IMG/VR virus record: IMGVR_UViG_3300047548_000110
Coordinates: 1 to 54,579 of that record
DNA: 54,579 bases
Source: a virus
Lineage: Duplodnaviria > Caudoviricetes
Direction: 5' to 3' (one strand)
Under the pieces are notes generated by a model. It saw nothing but the letters and a program-made list of their open reading frames with translations, did not search any database and was not told the origin of the DNA. A program made the position numbers and the translations under genes. Shown in pieces: positions 8,221 to 17,757 of the stretch; the first letter of the stretch is position 1, and each line of letters begins with the position of its first letter.

Positions 8221-8366
8221 TGGGATACATCTTAGGGTTTGCCTGCTTTGCGGCTTGGCTCACACACATCTTCACCTGCTTCTCAGAAGGCCTGTGGGGT
8301 TTCTTAATCGCCGGGGCAATCATGTTCCCCATCGGCATTCTCCACGGATTCTGGCTGTGGTTCTAA
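8220..8366 (+). CDS. small membrane protein (48 aa)
   Basis: MGYILGFACFAAWLTHIFTCFSEGLWGFLIAGAIMFPIGILHGFWLWF; GGAG RBS, TAATG overlap. Confidence 0.6.
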   Translation: MGYILGFACFAAWLTHIFTCFSEGLWGFLIAGAIMFPIGILHGFWLWF

Positions 8367-8376
8367 CGGAGGAAAT

Positions 8377-8601
8377 ATGGAAGAGCAAAACGAAGTTCAG
8401 GAGATCATGATCCCGATGTCGGAAGTCATCGCCATGATCAGCATGGACGTATCTGTAGTGGTTCCTGATCGTCAGTACGTCAACATGACACCACTTCAGT
8501 GCTATGAGGCTGGGGTTATTGATACCGGAACCGCTGTTCGCAAAGCAATCCGCGAGGCTATTGCTGCCAAGTGGGGCGCTAAGCCGGAGGCCGAACAATG
8601 A
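8377..8601 (+). CDS. hypothetical protein
   Basis: 74 aa, GGAGG RBS. Confidence 0.6.
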   Translation: MEEQNEVQEIMIPMSEVIAMISMDVSVVVPDRQYVNMTPLQCYEAGVIDTGTAVRKAIREAIAAKWGAKPEAEQ

Positions 8602-8870
8602 AAAAATTCCTCGCCATGCTTTTGTTTTGCGTGAATGTCCACGCCGGGGAATACTTTGTCACACCGACAGAGGCTGGCGGGGAAATTGTTCTGACCGGAA
8701 TCAAGACCGAGATGTGCGGAGATGTCTTGAGGCTCATGTATGTCGTGAAGTCAGACCAGACCGTCGTGTATGGCTGCTGGGGGTACATGAACGACAAAAT
8801 CCATGTCAGGTATGACGATGGAACCCGCAAGGTTTACGACACAAAAGGGTGGATCCACAAAAAAGATTAG
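8598..8870 (+). CDS. exported protein with signal peptide
   Basis: MKKFLAMLLFCVNVHA signal-peptide-like start; C...GCW motif. Confidence 0.65.
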   Translation: MKKFLAMLLFCVNVHAGEYFVTPTEAGGEIVLTGIKTEMCGDVLRLMYVVKSDQTVVYGCWGYMNDKIHVRYDDGTRKVYDTKGWIHKKD

Positions 8871-8878
8871 GAGCGAAT

Positions 8879-9178
8879 ATGACCGTAGCGAATACATCAA
8901 TTGAAGCATACGACGAACATAAGGCAGCGGGTAAGGTGGGCGCACAAGCTCACATGATATTGGGGATTTTGAATAGCGATCAAAATTACTCACGCAGGGA
9001 AATTGCAAAAGTTGCTGGCATCGAGTTGTCTTCCGTCTGCGGACGGGTGAATGAGTTACTCGCAGTCGGACTTCTGGTAGAAGACCCAAAAAGAAAATGC
9101 TCGGTGACGGGCAAAACCATTAACCCAGTACGAACAAGGAAAGACGATGACACTAATAGCAACCTCTCACTCTTCTGA
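8879..9178 (+). CDS. winged-HTH-like DNA-binding protein
   Basis: TSIEAY...SRREIAKVAGIELSSVCGRVNELLAVG...RKCSVTG. Confidence 0.65.
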   Translation: MTVANTSIEAYDEHKAAGKVGAQAHMILGILNSDQNYSRREIAKVAGIELSSVCGRVNELLAVGLLVEDPKRKCSVTGKTINPVRTRKDDDTNSNLSLF

Positions 9179-9920
9179 GTCAGGGCATTGGTACAGCCGG
9201 GATGGTGACCCGCGTTACACCATTGTCGGCAAGAACGGAAAGCTCAGGAACACCACCCTGCGCGATGCCCGGGAGCATGATCTTGTCCCGTCCGTCACGA
9301 CCATTCTTAATATCGCAGCCAAGCCAGCCCTGACCAACTGGCTACAGGAGCAGGTTCTGCTGGCTGCACTCACTCTACCGAGGGCAGAAAATGAGCCAGA
9401 AGCTGTTTACATTAAGCGCATCATGGAAGACTCTAAGACGCAGGGTCGCGATGCAGCAGACCTCGGGACTGACATCCACGCAGCGATTCAGAGCTTCTAT
9501 GAAGGGCGTAAGGAGTCCCGCTTCCCGTTCCATGTCGCGGCCTGTGATAAGGCGCTTCAACACACCTTCGGGGAAGTGGATTGGATCTGCGAAAGGTCTT
9601 TTGCCCATGAAATGGGATTTGGTGGGAAGTCCGACCTGCTTAGCACAGTGGGGGATGGAATCGTGGTTGACATCAAGACAAAAGACTTCGACGAAGAGTC
9701 CATGAATAAGGTCAAGCCATATGACGAACACATGATGCAGCTTGCTGCGTACCGTGTTGGTCTGGGCGTACCCAAGGCTCGATGCGCGAACATCTTCTCG
9801 TCGCGCACCAACCCTGAGCTTGTGATCGTCCACCAGTGGGCGGAGGAAGACATCCAGCGCGGCTGGCTCATGTTCTGCGCTCTTTTGAATTTCTGGCAAT
9901 TGAAGCACAACCATGAGTGA
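9147..9920 (+). CDS. PD-(D/E)XK exonuclease (Cas4/RecB-like fold)
   Basis: PSVTTIL, GTDIH, E...GGKSDL...VDIKT, QLAAY motifs. Confidence 0.8.
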   Translation: MTLIATSHSSESGHWYSRDGDPRYTIVGKNGKLRNTTLRDAREHDLVPSVTTILNIAAKPALTNWLQEQVLLAALTLPRAENEPEAVYIKRIMEDSKTQGRDAADLGTDIHAAIQSFYEGRKESRFPFHVAACDKALQHTFGEVDWICERSFAHEMGFGGKSDLLSTVGDGIVVDIKTKDFDEESMNKVKPYDEHMMQLAAYRVGLGVPKARCANIFSSRTNPELVIVHQWAEEDIQRGWLMFCALLNFWQLKHNHE

Positions 9921-10137
9921 GGTGAATATGAAAGCATTTCCAACACGCAACGCAGAGGAAGGCATGGACTTGCGTGACTACTTCGCAGCCAAGGCTATGC
10001 AAGCGTATTTGGCAGACAAAGACCTTTATGAATGCTGCGAAGAGGCGGGAGATATTGACTTCCATGATCTAGTTGCAGATATGGCATACCAAATTGCAGA
10101 TTCAATGATGAAAGAGAGAAAAAATGAATCCAGTTGA
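9913..10137 (+). CDS. conserved phage protein (GMxLRDYFAAKAMQ family)
   Basis: AFP...GMDLRDYFAAKAMQA...AYQIADSMMKER. Confidence 0.75.
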   Translation: MSEVNMKAFPTRNAEEGMDLRDYFAAKAMQAYLADKDLYECCEEAGDIDFHDLVADMAYQIADSMMKERKNESS

Positions 10138-10387
10138 AAAGCTTATCGACGAAGCCCGCAAGTACGTCACCGAGGAAGATGCGAAGACCGCCTACATGAA
10201 TTGCAAGGAGGATCGAGAGGATCCGATCATTGCCGAGCAAGTTCACATCGTAGAGTTTGCGGAGAATCTGATCGGCATGGTCGGGCCTCGTATCGCCAAG
10301 GCGGAGCTTGAGGAGTGCATCAAGGTCGTGCAGGCATTGAACCCAGCGGTAGCCGAAAAGCTCCGGGAAGTTCGGCAGCGCCCATAA
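10124..10387 (+). CDS. hypothetical protein
   Basis: 87 aa, last gene of the plus-strand operon. Confidence 0.6.
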   Translation: MNPVEKLIDEARKYVTEEDAKTAYMNCKEDREDPIIAEQVHIVEFAENLIGMVGPRIAKAELEECIKVVQALNPAVAEKLREVRQRP

Positions 10388-10414
10388 AAAAAGCCCCCAG
10401 TACGTTCTGGGGGC
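10386..10414 (-). terminator. intrinsic terminator at the convergence of late and early operons
   Basis: GCCCCCAG-AACGTA-CTGGGGGC followed by T7 on the minus strand. Confidence 0.75.
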
Positions 10415-10442
10415 AAACCTCACGCGAGCGCGTGGAGGAGGC

Positions 10443-12527
10443 TCAGTTGCCAGTGAAGACTCTATTCGGGTTCTTCATCTGGCGCAATACACTTTCAGCT
10501 TCACCGACCTCGTCATCCATAATCGAATGGACTTCGGCGGCTCGTCTTCCAGCCTCTTCGCCTGTCTTATAGGTAGGCCACCTGCCTGCTGCTATTTCGT
10601 CTTTGAATAGCTGCTGTAGCTCTCCCCGACCCCTAATTTTCCCGCCGACGTAACCCGGGACGTTTGCGTGTTCATCGCCCTTGCCGGTGGGGATGGTGGT
10701 GGTATAGACGGTCACCGGCCTGCCTTGTTCATCCATACCAACCGCGTTGCCTTTGATGGTGTTGCGATGGTAATCGACTATTTTTTGCTCCAGTGGGGCA
10801 ACCTTAATTTGGCCCATCTTTGACCTAACCCGATCCTCTGCTTTTGCAACGCGACCGCCCTTCTTTTTCCCTATCAGCTTCTTCTGCTGCTCAAGGTACT
10901 TGCTGACGGTATCCAGCCACTCCTGATCAAAGACCTGCACCGGCTGGGCAAGCTCATATGAACGGTAGTCTCCAGACGGGTCAGCGCCCAGCAGCCTGCG
11001 CTGCTTGGTCTGGGTGCTGAACATCACATCGTATGGTATGCGCGTCTCCAACCCCCCGATGTACTCTCCAGCCATCGAAATTGGATAGCCAGACGGGTGC
11101 ATCGGGTCAACCGTCCTGCGAGCCTTGTCCATCTTTGCCATCGTGAAACCGGTTGTGCCAATCGGATCTTCAAGGATCGATGCCTCAGAGATTGCTTTGC
11201 GGGTCGCTGGGACATCAGGGAACCCCATCTTTTGGAACTCGGCATTATTCATCCGTTTGACGAACGCGGTACGGAGAACCCCGTTGCCCTTGTCCAACAA
11301 CTGCTCGCGCAGCTTCGGGCTGTCAATACCAACAAAGTCTGGATAGAAGCCACGGACATCCTTATCGAATGCAGTCTTGGCTTTCTTGGTCAGCTTTGTG
11401 CTTGGCAACTGAGCCGCCAGCGCGTCCGACATCATCGTGTTGAAGTCAACCTGCTGGAGTGAGCCGGAGCTATAGATCCCGATCACATCGTCCGCATTCT
11501 CAGCAGCCTGCTCAATACGGTTTTGCAGGGCTGTGACCTTACCTTTACCAGACTCCCATGCACCACTGCGGGCTGGGTCTTTCGAAAGGTTCGCCATTGA
11601 ATACTCAGGCCCGCCAGTCAAAGGAACGTCCCATGCCAGCTTCTGGTCATTGATATGCGTCAGGATCTTGCCGGTAGCGGCTCGGTCGCCAATCTTCGGG
11701 AAGCCAGCTTTTTTGTACAAATCCTCTGGGGTCAGAACTTTCCGCTCAGGCATGATCACCAGCGGGTTGTCTACCGTTGTCGCGGTCATCTCATTGTACG
11801 GGCGGCGCAGCTTCACATCGCTGATCGGATGCCAAAGACCAGCAGCCTCAGCCTCTGCGCGGCTCATGCGCTTCCCCGGCGGGACTGCGTACATCGCTGT
11901 CGGAGCATACCGCTCAGCCATCTGCGCGGCAGTCTCAGCGACAGCAGGTGCGGCCTTCTGAACTACCTTGGCAGTCTTCCCGGCAAGCTTGGCAGCAGGC
12001 GGCAGGACAGTCAGGGCAGCGCCAGTGGTCTCCGGTAAAGGCTTCAGTGTCTGCCCACTTCCGCTAGTCAGGCGGTCACCGTAGGATATTCTTTCGGCGG
12101 TCTTTGCGAGGTCATTGACAAAGAAATCATCCACAAGACCCAATACGCTATTTACAGCACTTGCTGCGCCCTTAGCCTGCCAGCTACCCTCTTCCTTCAG
12201 TGGGCGGCTCTTCAGGAACTCGCTTGCTTTGCCAAGGCCAGATGCAATGCTACCCATAATTGGCTCTGGCTCAACAGCGCGGAACTCTTGCTTTACCTCT
12301 GGCGTTCCACCTTCGGCCATGTGGACTGCGCCGCCACTCCCGTAATTACGCAACTGGCTTGAGAAGTGGTCATCAACCACCTTCAAAACATCATCTGTAT
12401 ATCCGCCATTTTCCGCATTCACAGAGCCGCCCTCTTTGTAAGATTGACCTTTTTTTGCAGACTCCATCATCTCTGGCGTGAGGTTGCCAGTCCCATATTT
12501 TCTTTGAAGATCCGACAACTCAGCCAT
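10443..12527 (-). CDS. internal virion/ejection-type protein (694 aa)
   Basis: Last gene of the late operon; contains YKEGG, YGSGG, MAEGG and KKKGG motifs. Confidence 0.6.
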   Translation of the reverse strand: MAELSDLQRKYGTGNLTPEMMESAKKGQSYKEGGSVNAENGGYTDDVLKVVDDHFSSQLRNYGSGGAVHMAEGGTPEVKQEFRAVEPEPIMGSIASGLGKASEFLKSRPLKEEGSWQAKGAASAVNSVLGLVDDFFVNDLAKTAERISYGDRLTSGSGQTLKPLPETTGAALTVLPPAAKLAGKTAKVVQKAAPAVAETAAQMAERYAPTAMYAVPPGKRMSRAEAEAAGLWHPISDVKLRRPYNEMTATTVDNPLVIMPERKVLTPEDLYKKAGFPKIGDRAATGKILTHINDQKLAWDVPLTGGPEYSMANLSKDPARSGAWESGKGKVTALQNRIEQAAENADDVIGIYSSGSLQQVDFNTMMSDALAAQLPSTKLTKKAKTAFDKDVRGFYPDFVGIDSPKLREQLLDKGNGVLRTAFVKRMNNAEFQKMGFPDVPATRKAISEASILEDPIGTTGFTMAKMDKARRTVDPMHPSGYPISMAGEYIGGLETRIPYDVMFSTQTKQRRLLGADPSGDYRSYELAQPVQVFDQEWLDTVSKYLEQQKKLIGKKKGGRVAKAEDRVRSKMGQIKVAPLEQKIVDYHRNTIKGNAVGMDEQGRPVTVYTTTIPTGKGDEHANVPGYVGGKIRGRGELQQLFKDEIAAGRWPTYKTGEEAGRRAAEVHSIMDDEVGEAESVLRQMKNPNRVFTGN

Positions 12528-12539
12528 TTTTACCTCAGA

Positions 12540-15500
12540 TTATTTGTGCATTTTTCGGACTACACCGCCCAGAGCTTTGTGGCTTACCATGCCGCCGCCA
12601 CGATAGTCTGTGGGCATATCCGGCCTCGGTGGAGCGCCATACTTGGCCAGAAGCTGCTTGCGCGGGTCGCCATACTGCATTCTATTGACTCCGCCGCCGC
12701 GACGATACTCCTGTGGCTGCTCAATCTCTTCCGGCTCAGCTTCTTGAATGATCACCTCTGGTTCTGGTGCTTCAGGCTCCGGGGCTGGCGGGCGGTAGTC
12801 ATCAGGGACAACCACGCCGGTATTCTCGCCTTCAACCGAGGACGGGATGTTAATTTCCTCTTCCTCAGCATTAGCGCCGACAGGGCTTGTGCCAGACATC
12901 CGAGCGGCTCCTTTTGTGCCTGCCATGCCAATATTTCTCAGGCGAGCCTGCTCGGCGGCAAACCTGTCTGCCCGCTGCTCAAGCTGGCGAAGCAGCGCAT
13001 TCAACTCCGCTGGTTTGCCGGTGTTGAGGATCTTTGTGACGCTTGCGGCCACCTCCTCATTCTTGAACAAATCTGGCGCTTTCCTCATGATCCTGAAGAA
13101 AAACTCTTTCGGGCCACCGGCAGCAAGATCCAGCATGGTCGCGGCCACATTGTCGCCCTCGAACTCCTTCTGAAGTTCTTTGCGGCGGCCTGTGGCTGAT
13201 CCTTGGGCAATTTGCTGGCCAGACTTCACGTTGCGCGATTCAGCCTTCAGGATGCCCTTGAACACCTCAAATTCCTGCGGCGTATCGAACAGGGTTTGCA
13301 GGCGGCCTACATTGTTCTCAGCACCCAGCACCTCTTCCGCTGCGTTTATAGCGTTTTTCGAGTTGCCGATCTTGTCGATGAACTGCTGGGCATAGCCAAT
13401 ACGCAGGGCATCCTTCTCAGCCGGGGTCAGCTTCGAGACATAGTCAGCAGCCCGGTCTGGAGCCATCTTCCCGAACTGGTTTCGGCCAAAATCAAGTGCG
13501 TCCAGTACCTCAAGGTCGCCCCTGTATTGGCTTCGGGCAATCTTGTAGTCAGGAACAACCTCATCCAGTACGTTCAGGAAGGTGTTTTTGTACTCATTCA
13601 GGGCATGGGATGCATCCTGAGCGGCAGCATTTTCGCTGCGGCGGCCAGACCGGATGATGTAATCCAAACCGCGCTTCATTTGATCCAGAGTCTTCACATC
13701 AGGAGCGGCAACCAGATCCATCTGATAGATACCCGGCTGGGTCTCGGTGATCTTGTAGATCTCCTTCATGTCGAACTTAGATGGATCTTCCCCCTTCGCG
13801 ATAGCGTTTGCCTTGCGAATCTTGTTGGTCTCCAGAACCTGCTGGTACGCCTGCTTGAACTGCGGCTGGTCAAGCATCGACAGGATGCGAGGATCCGTGA
13901 CTGTGCCGTACTTGTAGGCGTTTTCGTACAGGGTGTCGGCATTGCTGCGCAGATTGTCGGTCAGGGCTGTCTCGGTGTCGAACATGGTCTTGCCTTTGCC
14001 GACACGCTCCTCGACCATCTGCATGACGTTGCCCTTGGTCTTGCGGCCAGTCTTCAAGACATCCTTAACCATTTCAGTGCGGCCAGCACCGGGACGGTTT
14101 GCCACGGCCTCAGCCAAGTCAGTCAGGCCGGGGGACACATCGCGCAATTGAGTGCGCGGACGGGTTCCAGCAGGCTGCGGGCTTGGCATATAACCACGTT
14201 CCAGCGCAACCTGACGGATGGCCTGCTGCGGGGTCATCCCGTCCTGAGCCATCTTCTTAAGAACCTTGTCCAGCGCGGCCTCTTCAATCCGATTAGTCCC
14301 GGGCTTCAGCAGGCGTTTGTAGATCCCCTTGCCGCCTTCGTAGAGCAATTCACCACCCTTGCCCACGATCGGGCCGAGCGAGCCGCCAAACAGTGCGCCC
14401 TTGCCAGATTCGAGGAAGCGGCTGCCCAAACCCTCTTCGCCAGCGCCAAAGCCGGAGATGGCCCCGGAGGTAGCGCCTGCGGTCATCGCGCGGCGCACAG
14501 GCGTTTTGGTCAGCGAAGGCACGAGCCGAGACATCCTCGCTGCATTTGCTGCGGTTAGCTGTTGACCGCCGGGGACAGCCATTGCGGCGATAGAAGGCGC
14601 AACGCCGCCGGTGAATTCTCCGAACAGCGCCTGCCCGGGATTCTCTTCAGACCAGCGGCGATAGTCGGCGCGAATGTCATTCAGGATCTGGTCATAGCTT
14701 CTGTTGCTCTGGCCGAGCGAACGATACAAAGCCTCGGCCTCGTCACCGAATGACATCCCCATACCCTGACCAAAGAAGGCGCGGGCGCGGTTTCCCATAT
14801 CAGAAGCGGGCGGAGTCCCCCTCAGACGCACCACAGATTCGACCGGAGCATCCTCTGGGTCACCGCCCTGCTGCATCTTTACCGCGCCACCATGAGCGTA
14901 TTTCTGGCGAAGTGAAGCCAGATCACCATAGCCTTGGTAGTTGTTGACCATATCCACGATGCCGCCGTTTCCATAGCCAACCATCCCACCCTGAGCTTTG
15001 TGTTCGACAGGGTAGAAAAACTGCTTATAGGTCTTGCGGCGCGTGTTGATTACCGGCCTGTCTGGCTTTCGAGGGTCAAAAATTGGGTTGGCGTTCATGT
15101 AGGAGAGCCAAGCCGCATCAGCGCCATCGAGGTGGCGATTCGCCTGAAAGTAATCAGAGAAAAACTTCGCCTTATCCCTCAGAGACTGGTTGTATGCAAG
15201 CAGCGCAGCGCCAACGTCTTTGTTGGTTTCATAACCGTTTTCAATCGAAAGGGTCATTTTTATAAGCTGCTTGGCATCAAAGTCAGAAACTGATCCAGTG
15301 CCTTCTTTCCGGTTCTCCGGAGCCAGCTTAGATGCGATCGACTGCATCGTCTGGTATGGCGTTCCAAGAGTTATGCCGGGACGATAGGCGTAAGAAGGCC
15401 CAGTGGAGTTTTTCTTGTTGAGCGCCAAGAATCTCTTCACATCAGCATCTGTTGCCAATGTGTTTGAAGTTAGGCCCTCAAGTTTCGCCAAAGACTTTTG

Positions 15501-16745
15501 TGCGCCCTTTGTGTTGCTGACCAAAAGCTGCTGAACCGTCTTATCACCCACACCCTCATAAGGGCGAGTGTTTGAAGGAACGCCAAGCTGACGAGCAATA
15601 AAAGGCACATCCTCAAGATCAAGAACTGGCTCTTTTTCTTTTGGTGGTTTTGGCGGCGGGCGACCCTCGCGCTTCTCTTGAAGGCGAGCATTTTTTTCGT
15701 CTATCCGATATTGAGCGGCCTGAGCTTCTACAGCTTTTCGATCTGCCTCATTCTCAGGCACTGCGGCGCTGCCAAACTTCTCCTGCGCGGCACGAGCAAG
15801 ATGCTTGTCAGTGTAAAGTTTTCCCTGACTGCTTAATGGTGCTGGCTTTTCATCTTTTTTCTGGTCTTCAAGCCCAAGAATTTTTCGAGCGTCCGAAACC
15901 TCTTGTTCAGTGACGGAATTTGGGTCAAGTCTGTACTGCTCAAGAACTCTATAGGCTCTTTCTTTGAGATTAAAGCCGCTTGCATACTTGCCGCCCTCTA
16001 TTTTTTCCAACCCAAGTATGATGCGAGCATCTTTAAGCTCTTCTGGAGATACAGAGTTAGGGTCTTTCCTATGCTGCTGCACAACACCAAAGGCATATCT
16101 TTTCATTGCAGCAGTAGTGCCTGCGTCAGCAGCACCGGCTTTTGGCGCAGTCATACGGGCAATTCTTGCCTCGATCTGCTGACGCTCTGCGCTGCCCTCT
16201 GGCAGCGAAGCGGCTTCCATTTGAAGCTGTCGAACAGGAGATGCCGGAGCCTCTTTGATGCCAGCAGTGCGGACATATGCATCCAACTGAGCCTTAGACA
16301 GATCAGCGGCCTGAGAGCCAAGCTGCATCTTGTACTTCATCTGCATCTCTTCGAGGTCGCGCTTTGCCTTTAGCTTCTTGTCAGCCTCAGCGCCAAGAAC
16401 CTCGTTCACATTGCTGAGAGATTCACCAAAAGATCCGGTGCGCGTAGGCTTACCAAACGCTGCGGCAACACGGAACCATGCGCCAGCGTCCATCGGCTCA
16501 TTGGCACGTTGCAACAGGACGCGCTGAGCATCCTGCATGATCTCAGCATTCGTTTTCTGCGACTTTTCAAGTGCGGACACATAATTAGTTGCAGCAAGCA
16601 CAGCAGCATTTTTAGCGCCGGGACGAGAAAATCCAGAGGTTGGCATACGCTCCTCTGGCATACCCTCCGATGAAGCAGGCTGACTTACCTGCTCATCTTC
16701 ATAATCATCTTCAACGCCATCTGGGATTTCAAATGGATCAGCCAT
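12540..16745 (-). CDS. large internal virion/DNA ejection protein (1401 aa)
   Basis: Helical and Ala/Gly-rich; GQGMGMSFGDEAEA motif; position after smaller ejection proteins in a podovirus layout. Confidence 0.65.
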   Translation of the reverse strand: MADPFEIPDGVEDDYEDEQVSQPASSEGMPEERMPTSGFSRPGAKNAAVLAATNYVSALEKSQKTNAEIMQDAQRVLLQRANEPMDAGAWFRVAAAFGKPTRTGSFGESLSNVNEVLGAEADKKLKAKRDLEEMQMKYKMQLGSQAADLSKAQLDAYVRTAGIKEAPASPVRQLQMEAASLPEGSAERQQIEARIARMTAPKAGAADAGTTAAMKRYAFGVVQQHRKDPNSVSPEELKDARIILGLEKIEGGKYASGFNLKERAYRVLEQYRLDPNSVTEQEVSDARKILGLEDQKKDEKPAPLSSQGKLYTDKHLARAAQEKFGSAAVPENEADRKAVEAQAAQYRIDEKNARLQEKREGRPPPKPPKEKEPVLDLEDVPFIARQLGVPSNTRPYEGVGDKTVQQLLVSNTKGAQKSLAKLEGLTSNTLATDADVKRFLALNKKNSTGPSYAYRPGITLGTPYQTMQSIASKLAPENRKEGTGSVSDFDAKQLIKMTLSIENGYETNKDVGAALLAYNQSLRDKAKFFSDYFQANRHLDGADAAWLSYMNANPIFDPRKPDRPVINTRRKTYKQFFYPVEHKAQGGMVGYGNGGIVDMVNNYQGYGDLASLRQKYAHGGAVKMQQGGDPEDAPVESVVRLRGTPPASDMGNRARAFFGQGMGMSFGDEAEALYRSLGQSNRSYDQILNDIRADYRRWSEENPGQALFGEFTGGVAPSIAAMAVPGGQQLTAANAARMSRLVPSLTKTPVRRAMTAGATSGAISGFGAGEEGLGSRFLESGKGALFGGSLGPIVGKGGELLYEGGKGIYKRLLKPGTNRIEEAALDKVLKKMAQDGMTPQQAIRQVALERGYMPSPQPAGTRPRTQLRDVSPGLTDLAEAVANRPGAGRTEMVKDVLKTGRKTKGNVMQMVEERVGKGKTMFDTETALTDNLRSNADTLYENAYKYGTVTDPRILSMLDQPQFKQAYQQVLETNKIRKANAIAKGEDPSKFDMKEIYKITETQPGIYQMDLVAAPDVKTLDQMKRGLDYIIRSGRRSENAAAQDASHALNEYKNTFLNVLDEVVPDYKIARSQYRGDLEVLDALDFGRNQFGKMAPDRAADYVSKLTPAEKDALRIGYAQQFIDKIGNSKNAINAAEEVLGAENNVGRLQTLFDTPQEFEVFKGILKAESRNVKSGQQIAQGSATGRRKELQKEFEGDNVAATMLDLAAGGPKEFFFRIMRKAPDLFKNEEVAASVTKILNTGKPAELNALLRQLEQRADRFAAEQARLRNIGMAGTKGAARMSGTSPVGANAEEEEINIPSSVEGENTGVVVPDDYRPPAPEPEAPEPEVIIQEAEPEEIEQPQEYRRGGGVNRMQYGDPRKQLLAKYGAPPRPDMPTDYRGGGMVSHKALGGVVRKMHK

Positions 16746-16756
16746 TTTGATTTTCC

Positions 16757-17755
16757 TTATTTTGTCGGTGCGTTTAATCTACCCAAACCATAAACGGTTG
16801 CACCAAGTTGCGCGGCTTGAGACAGAGCGCCCGGGACATAAACGTCAGCAGGCCCAACATTTTCTGTGTATTGGCGAGTCGGAATTTGCAAACCACGAAT
16901 GGCGTTGTTGAGGAACGCAATCTGCTCGCGATCGTAGTCACGCTGACCAAGGAAGTCTTGATATGCAAGGTCGAGGCTGCGCTGTTGCTGGTTCTGCATT
17001 TGCTGACCGACACCCTCAATTGCACCAAGCCCAGTAAGGCCAAGGCTCTGCTGGAGCGCACCCTGTCTGGCAAGCTGCTCACCGGCCTGCAATTGTCTGG
17101 CAAGGTCTTGTGTCGAGATTGCGCCGGTAAGCTGGCCAAGCTGAGCCATGCGAGCCTGATCAGCAGCAGCCTGCTGTCCTGCCTGCGTATAGCCGCGCTC
17201 AAGCGTCTGCGCCTGCTGAGCCATTGTGGACTCTTGCAGATCGCGCATCGCCTTACCTAATGCCTCACCGCTACGGCTACCACCAAACGTCCCGCCACCA
17301 ATGAACTGACTTTGGACGGTCGGAATAATGTTTTCCGACATCTGTCGTTGGGCAAGATCACCAATGCGATTGACGACACTCGATGTGTACGGGTTCATGT
17401 ATGAACCGATCATATCGGGAGTTCGAGCAGATGCAGCCTGAAGATAAGGAGACGCTTGATCCAGTGCACTCGATGTGCCAGCATTTTGCGTATAGTTCAT
17501 CGCCTGACTCAGTGCTGGCTTATAGCTCATCGCGGCTTCTGGCGTTTGAGCAAAAGCCTGCTGCTGATATGGCGTAAGTTGAGCCAACCGAGGAAGGCCA
17601 TACCTTTGGTACGGCTCAGAGGCAATCGCGTTTGCTTTCGCAATCAGACCTTGCGTATAGTCGCTATACCAAGCAGGCGTATCTGTGGCTGACTTGCCGT
17701 ACTTGGTAACGGACTCAGGCGCTTTGCCGCCAAAGAGAAAATCGCTAAGAGACAT
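16757..17755 (-). CDS. internal virion/ejection protein (Gln/Ala-rich)
   Basis: YMNPY, GGGTFGGSR, QQxSLDLAYQDF motifs typical of podophage DNA transfer proteins. Confidence 0.7.
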   Translation of the reverse strand: MSLSDFLFGGKAPESVTKYGKSATDTPAWYSDYTQGLIAKANAIASEPYQRYGLPRLAQLTPYQQQAFAQTPEAAMSYKPALSQAMNYTQNAGTSSALDQASPYLQAASARTPDMIGSYMNPYTSSVVNRIGDLAQRQMSENIIPTVQSQFIGGGTFGGSRSGEALGKAMRDLQESTMAQQAQTLERGYTQAGQQAAADQARMAQLGQLTGAISTQDLARQLQAGEQLARQGALQQSLGLTGLGAIEGVGQQMQNQQQRSLDLAYQDFLGQRDYDREQIAFLNNAIRGLQIPTRQYTENVGPADVYVPGALSQAAQLGATVYGLGRLNAPTK

Positions 17756-17757
17756 TT

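Noticed and set aside
9147-9920. Cas4-like nuclease as a sign of CRISPR-Cas
   Set aside because: No repeat-spacer array or other cas genes were seen; its context with the SSB-like gene fits a recombination exonuclease
13203-14558. 451-aa plus-strand ORF
   Set aside because: Antisense shadow of the 1401-aa virion gene; no motifs or plausible composition
12540-16745. Tape measure protein
   Set aside because: No major tail tube, tail chaperone frameshift or baseplate genes were recognised; the P22-like portal, nozzle and ejection set indicates a short tail
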